Positions 40,738-46,124 of a stretch of DNA of 46,124 nucleotides are shown piece by piece. The stretch is from a virus (lineage: Duplodnaviria > Heunggongvirae > Uroviricota > Caudoviricetes). Numbering within the stretch: position 1 is the stretch's first letter; every line of letters begins with the position of its first letter. The position numbers and the translations under genes were made by a program. Under the pieces are notes generated by a model. That model was not told the origin of the DNA, did not search any database, and saw only the letters and a list, made by a program, of their open reading frames with translations. The DNA lies in the IMG/VR virus record IMGVR_UViG_2547132255_000002, one strand, 5' to 3'.

Positions 40738-43683
40738 ATGACAGACATTACAGCCAATGTTGTGGTAAGCATGCCTTCGCAACTCTTCACTATGGCGCGT
40801 TCTTTTAAAGCCGTAGCCAATGGCAAAATTTATATCGGTAAAATTGACACTGACCCGGTAAATCCTGAAAACCAGATTCAGGTTTATGTGGAGAACGAAG
40901 ACGGTTCTCACATTCCTGTTTCGCAACCAATAATGATTAACGCTGCTGGATATCCGGTATATAACGGACAGATTGCCAAATTCGTAACCGTGCAAGGCCA
41001 TTCTATGGCTGTTTATGATGCGTATGGTACACAGCAGTTCTATTTTCCTAATGTGCTGAAGTATGATCCTGATCAGTTACGGCAGCAATTAGAAGACCCA
41101 GATGGAGCGAATAAATACCCAAAACTTCAGATAGCAAGATGGAGAGACAGTTATGATGTAAGAGGTTGGGGGGCTATTGGTGATGGTGTTCATGATGATA
41201 CATCAGCTCTATCAGAATTACTTTCTGTTGCAACAGGTGGTGAAAAGATAGATGGGCGAGGGCTTACTTTTAAAGTATCAACTCTTCCAGATGTCAGTCG
41301 ATTTAAAAATGCTCGTTTTTTATTTGAGAGAATACCGGGTCAGCCTCTTTTTTATGCTTCTGAAGATTTTATCCAGGGAGAGTTATTTAAAATTACAGAT
41401 ACACCGTGGTACAACGCCTGGACGCAGGATAAAACGTTTGTATATGACAATGTCATCTATGCGCCTTTTATGGCTGGAGACCGCCATGGTGTAAATAACC
41501 TCCATGTTGCATGGGTTCGCTCAGGAGATGACGGGAAGACCTGGACAACGCCGGAATGGCTTACAGATTTACATGAAAACTATCCCACAGTTAACTATCA
41601 CTGCATGAGTATGGGGGTTGTCAGAAATCGCCTTTTTGCTGTAATTGAGACGCGGACCGTGAGCGGAAATAAACTGCAGGTTGCAGAGTTGTGGGATCGC
41701 CCAATGAGTCGCAGCCTTCGCGTTTATGGTGGTATAACGAAAGCAGCAAATCAGCAAGTCGCTTATATTCGCATTACTGATCACGGATTATTTGCTGGTG
41801 ATTTTGTCAACTTCTCAAACTCTGGTGTTACAGGTGTTACCGGGAATATGACGGTGACTACTGTTATTGATAAAAATACTTTTACAGTTACGACGCAAAA
41901 TACCCAGGATGTGGATCAGAATAACGAGGGTAGATACTGGAGTTTTGGTACATCATTTCACTCGTCACCATGGAGAAAAACCAGTCTTGGAACTATTCCT
42001 TCTTTTGTTGACGGAAGCACTCCTGTTACTGAGATTCATAGTTTTGCGACGATTAGCGATAACAGTTTTGCTGTTGGCTACCATAATGGTGATATTGATC
42101 CACGTGAGCTTGGGATACTCTATTTCTCTGATGCTTTCGGTTCTCCTGGTAGCTTTGTTCGCAGACGCATACCTGCAGAATATGAGGCGAATGCATCTGA
42201 GCCATGTGTAAAATATTATGATGGCATTCTGTATCTGACGACCAGGGGGACATTAAGTACTCAACCCGGTAGTTCATTGCACAGAAGCTCTGATTTAGGT
42301 ACATCATGGAATTCTCTTCGCTTCCCAAATAATGTTCATCACTCAAACCTTCCTTTTGCCAAAGTTGGCGATGAGCTGATTATTTTTGGCAGTGAGCGCG
42401 CATTTGGTGAGTGGGAAGGAGGAGAACCTGATAACCGTTATGCAGGAAATTATCCAAGAACATTTATGACCAGAGTTAACGTCAATGAGTGGAGTCTGGA
42501 TAATGTAGAGTGGGTTAATGTTACTGATCAGATTTATCAGGGCGGAATAGTTAACTCTGCGGTTGGTGTTGGTTCAGTTTGTATCAAAGACAACTGGCTG
42601 TACTACATTTTCGGTGGGGAAGACTTTCTAAACCCATGGAGCATAGGGGATAACAACAGAAAATATCCTTATGTTCACGATGGTCACCCGGCTGATTTGT
42701 ATTGTTTCAGGGTGAAAATTAAACAGGAAGAATTTGTTTCAAGGGATTTTGTCTACGGAGCCACTCCTAACAGAACGCTTCCTACTTTTATGTCGACGTC
42801 AGGCGTGAGGACGGTTCCTGTACCCGTTGATTTCACAGATGATGTTGCCGTCCAGTCACTGACTGTCCATGCAGGTACATCAGGACAAGTTCGCGCGGAA
42901 GTCAAACTTGAGGGTAATTACGCCATTATTGCGAAGAAAGTACCGTCTGATGATGTTACCGCTCAGAGATTAATCGTTAGCGGAGGTGAAACAACGTCTT
43001 CAGCAGATGGTGCAATGATAACGTTGCATGGTTCCGGAAGCAGTACTCCACGTCGCGCGGTATATAACGCACTCGAACATCTTTTTGAGAACGGAGATGT
43101 TAAACCTTATCTTGATAATGTAAATGCTCTTGGTGGTCCGGGAAACAGGTTCTCGACAGTTTATCTTGGCTCCAATCCTGTGGTTACCAGTGACGGAACA
43201 TTAAAGACAGAGCCGGTCTCTCCTGACGAAGCATTGCTGGATGCCTGGGGTGACGTCAGGTATATCGCTTATAAATGGCTGAACGCTGTCGCTATAAAGG
43301 GGGAAGAAGGGGCGAGGATACATCATGGTGTAATCGCGCAGCAACTTCGTGATGTTCTTATTTCTCACGGACTCATGGAAGAAGAAAGCACAACATGCCG
43401 CTATGCCTTTCTTTGCTATGACGATTATCCCGCAGTATATGATGACGTCATTACTGGCCAAAGGGAAATGCCGCTGACTGATAATGACGGGAGCATCATT
43501 GTTGATGAGGATGATAATCCAGTGATGGTAATGGAAGACATCATTGAGCGCGTTGAAATAACGCCAGCAGGATCTAGATGGGGGGTCAGACCTGATCTCT
43601 TATTCTATATCGAGGCAGCATGGCAGCGCAGAGAAATAGAAAGAATAAAAGCTAGGTTAGACTTAATAGAAGGGAAGCACTAA
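40738..43683 (+). CDS. Tailspike: P22 gp9-like head-binding domain, endosialidase-like receptor domain, C-terminal intramolecular chaperone
   Basis: N-terminal ~115 aa ([43 protein letters not shown]...) match P22 gp9; two Asp-boxes SGDDGKTW and SSDLGTSW; ~160-aa C-terminal tail after a TSD site. Confidence 0.8.
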   Translation: MTDITANVVVSMPSQLFTMARSFKAVANGKIYIGKIDTDPVNPENQIQVYVENEDGSHIPVSQPIMINAAGYPVYNGQIAKFVTVQGHSMAVYDAYGTQQFYFPNVLKYDPDQLRQQLEDPDGANKYPKLQIARWRDSYDVRGWGAIGDGVHDDTSALSELLSVATGGEKIDGRGLTFKVSTLPDVSRFKNARFLFERIPGQPLFYASEDFIQGELFKITDTPWYNAWTQDKTFVYDNVIYAPFMAGDRHGVNNLHVAWVRSGDDGKTWTTPEWLTDLHENYPTVNYHCMSMGVVRNRLFAVIETRTVSGNKLQVAELWDRPMSRSLRVYGGITKAANQQVAYIRITDHGLFAGDFVNFSNSGVTGVTGNMTVTTVIDKNTFTVTTQNTQDVDQNNEGRYWSFGTSFHSSPWRKTSLGTIPSFVDGSTPVTEIHSFATISDNSFAVGYHNGDIDPRELGILYFSDAFGSPGSFVRRRIPAEYEANASEPCVKYYDGILYLTTRGTLSTQPGSSLHRSSDLGTSWNSLRFPNNVHHSNLPFAKVGDELIIFGSERAFGEWEGGEPDNRYAGNYPRTFMTRVNVNEWSLDNVEWVNVTDQIYQGGIVNSAVGVGSVCIKDNWLYYIFGGEDFLNPWSIGDNNRKYPYVHDGHPADLYCFRVKIKQEEFVSRDFVYGATPNRTLPTFMSTSGVRTVPVPVDFTDDVAVQSLTVHAGTSGQVRAEVKLEGNYAIIAKKVPSDDVTAQRLIVSGGETTSSADGAMITLHGSGSSTPRRAVYNALEHLFENGDVKPYLDNVNALGGPGNRFSTVYLGSNPVVTSDGTLKTEPVSPDEALLDAWGDVRYIAYKWLNAVAIKGEEGARIHHGVIAQQLRDVLISHGLMEEESTTCRYAFLCYDDYPAVYDDVITGQREMPLTDNDGSIIVDEDDNPVMVMEDIIERVEITPAGSRWGVRPDLLFYIEAAWQRREIERIKARLDLIEGKH

Positions 43684-43829
43684 ATGTTTCGTTGGCGTCA
43701 AAAATATGAACTGCTCACATAAAGAAGTAAGCACATTGGCAAAAAACATTGACGTCAACGAAATTAAATATAAAACATCATGCAGACATATTACCAATAT
43801 TAATATAAGGTAATAAAAATATAATTTAC

Positions 43830-43855
43830 AAAAAAGCCCGTTGGAAGCGACGGGC
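43830..43855 (-). terminator. Putative intrinsic terminator for leftward transcription (tI-like)
   Basis: GCCCGTCGCTTCCAACGGGC hairpin followed on the minus strand by TTTTTTGT. Confidence 0.5.
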
Positions 43856-44122
43856 ATTAACCGCGGTAATGGATAAATTATTAATGTTTTTAGATTGTGA
43901 ACGATATCATATTGTGCGGAAGTAGTGAAGTAACCATGTAAAATGATTGTTTCATAGCCTATGAGACACACAAGGCTTTGTGCTCTTCGATAGTTGTTAA
44001 GGCGGATCACTCCACCTTTTCATCAAGCCAGTCAGCCCACCACTGCATCATTTCTCTGCGCTTATCGAGATACTGAGCATGGTTGTAAATTCAGCAAACG
44101 ACGTAATGTGTTTGACAAAAAA

Positions 44123-44157
44123 TTAGCGCAAGAAGACAAAAAATCACCTTGCGCTAA
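44123..44157. promoter_or_regulatory. sib-like inverted repeat next to the P arm
   Basis: TTAGCGCAAG-N15-CTTGCGCTAA, 10-bp perfect stem, located where lambda sib sits relative to attP. Confidence 0.4.
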
Positions 44158-44303
44158 TGCTCTGTTACAGGTCACTAATACCATCTAAGTGGTTGATTCA
44201 TAGTGACTGGATATGTTGTGTTTTGTAGCATTGTGCAGTATATTTTTTAGACTAAAAATATTGTAATGCATTGATATTAATGGTTTTTAATGTTTCACGT
44301 TCA
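44158..44303. promoter_or_regulatory. attP P arm
   Basis: gctctgttacaggtcactaataccatctaagt...gttcag matches recalled lambda P arm with scattered substitutions. Confidence 0.75.
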
Positions 44304-44318
44304 GCTTTTTTATACTAA
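44304..44318. other. attR common core (P-O-B' junction)
   Basis: GCTTTTTTATACTAA followed by host B' sequence cttgagcgaaacgggaaggtaaaaag. Confidence 0.9.
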
Positions 44319-44408
44319 CTTGAGCGAAACGGGAAGGTAAAAAGACAAAAAGTTGTTTTTAATACCTTTAAGTGATACCAGATGGCATTGCGCCATCTGG
44401 CAGAGTGA

Positions 44409-44885
44409 TTAACTAAACATCGCAGTAATCGAGGCACTCGCCAGAGAGTGAAAATGAACGTTAAACCCGACCATCGCGCCGCTGGCACCTTCATCGACAT
44501 CAATACGTTCTACATCCAGCGCGTGAACGGTAAAAATGTAGCGATGGGTTTCGCCTTTCGGCGGCGCTGCGCCATCGTACCCGGTTTTACCAAAGTCGGT
44601 ACGCGTCTGCAAAACGCCGTCTGGCATAGCTACCAGACCAGAGCCAAACCCTTGCGGTAATACGCGGGTATCAGCGGGTAAATTAACAACTACCCAGTGC
44701 CACCAGCCGGAGCCGGTTGGCGCATCCGGGTCATAGCAGGTGACAACAAAACTTTTCGTTCCCGCAGGAACATCATCCCACGCCAGATGCGGTGAAATAT
44801 TATCGCCATCGTAACCCATGCCGTTAAAGACATGACGATGCGGCAGCTTATCGCCATCGCGCAGATCGTTACTGATGAGTTTCAT
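44409..44885 (-). CDS. ybhB: Host PEBP-family protein YbhB
   Basis: 158-aa ORF adjacent to attR on the bio side of lambda attB; PEBP-like motifs (DPDAP, HRY). Confidence 0.75.
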   Translation of the reverse strand: MKLISNDLRDGDKLPHRHVFNGMGYDGDNISPHLAWDDVPAGTKSFVVTCYDPDAPTGSGWWHWVVVNLPADTRVLPQGFGSGLVAMPDGVLQTRTDFGKTGYDGAAPPKGETHRYIFTVHALDVERIDVDEGASGAMVGFNVHFHSLASASITAMFS

Positions 44886-44993
44886 TAGAATGCCTCCGGG
44901 AAACCTCGGCCTTCAGACCGGGGAGGAAAGGAGGCGGTTTTCCGACTAACTGTACTTTGCATAATCACATTTTCCTCTTTAGTATGTGAACAC

Positions 44994-46124
44994 ATGAAAC
45001 GCGCATATAAATACCGGTTTTACCCGACAACTGAGCAGGCTGAGCTTTTAGCTCAGACGTTTGGCTGTGTGCGCTTCGTCTACAATTCCATCCTTCGTTG
45101 GCGTACCGATGCGTACTACGAGCGAAAAGAAAAGATCGGTTATCTACAGGCCAACGCTCGCCTTACGGCGCTCAAAAAAGAGCCTGAATACATATGGCTG
45201 AATGATGTTTCCTGCGTTCCCCTCCAGCAGTCGTTGCGCCACCAACAAGCCGCCTTTGCTAACTTCTTTGCCGGACGAGCTGCATATCCGGCTTTCAAAA
45301 GCAAACGGCACAAACAGGTGGCTGAGTTCACTGCCAGCGCGTTTAAACACCGTGACGGCGAGTTGTATATAGCAAAGAGCAAGTCGCCGCTGGATGTTCG
45401 CTGGAGTCGAGAATTACCATCTGCGCCGTCAACCGTTACCATTTCCAGAGATAGCGCTGGCAGGTACTTTGTTTCCTGCCTGTGTGAGTTTGAACCTGTA
45501 TCAATGCCTGTTACCGCTAAAACGGTCGGCATTGATGTGGGCTTAAAAGATTTATTCGTCACCGATACCGGATTCAAAACCGACAATCCCCGCCACACCG
45601 CTAAATATGCGAAGCGATTAACGCTGCTACAGCGACGTTTAAGCAGGAAGCAAAAAGGCTCAAGAAACCGAATTAAAGCCCGCTTAAAGGTCGCCCGACT
45701 CCACGCGAAAATCGCCGATTGCCGGATGGACAATCTGCACAAGTTGTCCCGCAAACTGATTAACGAAAACCAAGTTGTTTGCGTCGAATCCCTCAAGGTG
45801 AAAAACATGATCCGCAACCCGAAGCTGTCTAAAGCAATAGCTGACGCAGGCTGGAGCGAACTTGTTCGCCAGCTCCAGTACAAAGGCAAATGGGCCGGGC
45901 GGTCAGTGGTCGCCATTGACCAGTATTTACCGTCCTCAAAATGCTGTAGTTGCTGCGGTTTCACCATGCAAAAAATGCCTCTTAATGTTCGTAAATGGCA
46001 CTGCCCTGAATGCGGCGCAGACCATGATCGCGACATTAACGCGGCACGTAATATTAAAGCTGCCGGGCTGGCAGTGTTAGCCCACGGAGAGCCTGTAAAC
46101 CCTGAATCGCAGCACGCGGCTTAG
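44994..46124 (+). CDS. tnpB: IS200/IS605-family TnpB (OrfB) RuvC-like nuclease, no adjacent TnpA
   Basis: 376 aa; N-terminus MKRAYKYRFYPTTEQAELL typical of OrfB/TnpB; C-terminal zinc finger CCGFTMQKMPLNVRKWHCPECGADHDRDINAARNI. Confidence 0.8.
   Translation: MKRAYKYRFYPTTEQAELLAQTFGCVRFVYNSILRWRTDAYYERKEKIGYLQANARLTALKKEPEYIWLNDVSCVPLQQSLRHQQAAFANFFAGRAAYPAFKSKRHKQVAEFTASAFKHRDGELYIAKSKSPLDVRWSRELPSAPSTVTISRDSAGRYFVSCLCEFEPVSMPVTAKTVGIDVGLKDLFVTDTGFKTDNPRHTAKYAKRLTLLQRRLSRKQKGSRNRIKARLKVARLHAKIADCRMDNLHKLSRKLINENQVVCVESLKVKNMIRNPKLSKAIADAGWSELVRQLQYKGKWAGRSVVAIDQYLPSSKCCSCCGFTMQKMPLNVRKWHCPECGADHDRDINAARNIKAAGLAVLAHGEPVNPESQHAA

Noticed and set aside
43663-44010. 115-aa minus-strand ORF after the tailspike
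   Set aside because: Reads straight through the terminator hairpin at 43830-43855, is AT-rich with a low-complexity product, and has no RBS
43684-44303. neuO-like phase-variable O-acetyltransferase with heptanucleotide repeats downstream of the endosialidase tailspike
   Set aside because: No acetyltransferase-sized ORF and no tandem heptanucleotide repeat tract in this interval

Overview
The window is almost entirely one ~43-kb lambdoid prophage (about 1331-44318) inserted at the lambda attachment site between host genes ybhC (1-1284, -) and ybhB (44409-44885, -); both recombinant att cores (GCTTTTTTATACTAA) are visible. It is a mosaic. Lambda-type parts: int/xis, N, cII, nin genes, the S/R/Rz/Rz1 lysis cassette and the late leader. 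Non-lambda parts: an immunity region with a chimeric cI (lambda C-terminal domain, foreign DNA-binding domain), a different cro and different operators; a Rad52-like SSAP / SSB / DnaQ-like exonuclease module; a P22-type replication module (iteron-bearing initiator plus DnaB-like helicase); a QuuD-type Q; a P22/Sf6-like headful virion module; an immI-like mnt-arc-ant region; and a tailspike whose P22-like head-binding N-terminus is joined to an endosialidase-like (Asp-box) receptor domain. The element looks partly degraded or imperfectly assembled: an IS21-family insertion (IS100-like, 1954 bp, 5-bp TSD) splits the gp7-like ejection gene, and four genes carry single-base frame disruptions. Candidates for an undescribed accessory or defence function, none of which I can confirm, are an antisense HEPN-motif gene between lysis and terminase genes (20579-21103), an unknown gene in the N-cIII moron slot (8027-8650), and an unknown gene with a repeat-structured leader in the sieA-equivalent slot (37871-38952); an orphan C5 cytosine methyltransferase sits in the nin region. 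The window ends with an IS200/IS605-family tnpB-like gene with no adjacent tnpA. No rRNA, tRNA or CRISPR array was found. All calls come from reading the translated ORFs and recalled family signatures; nothing was verified by database search.
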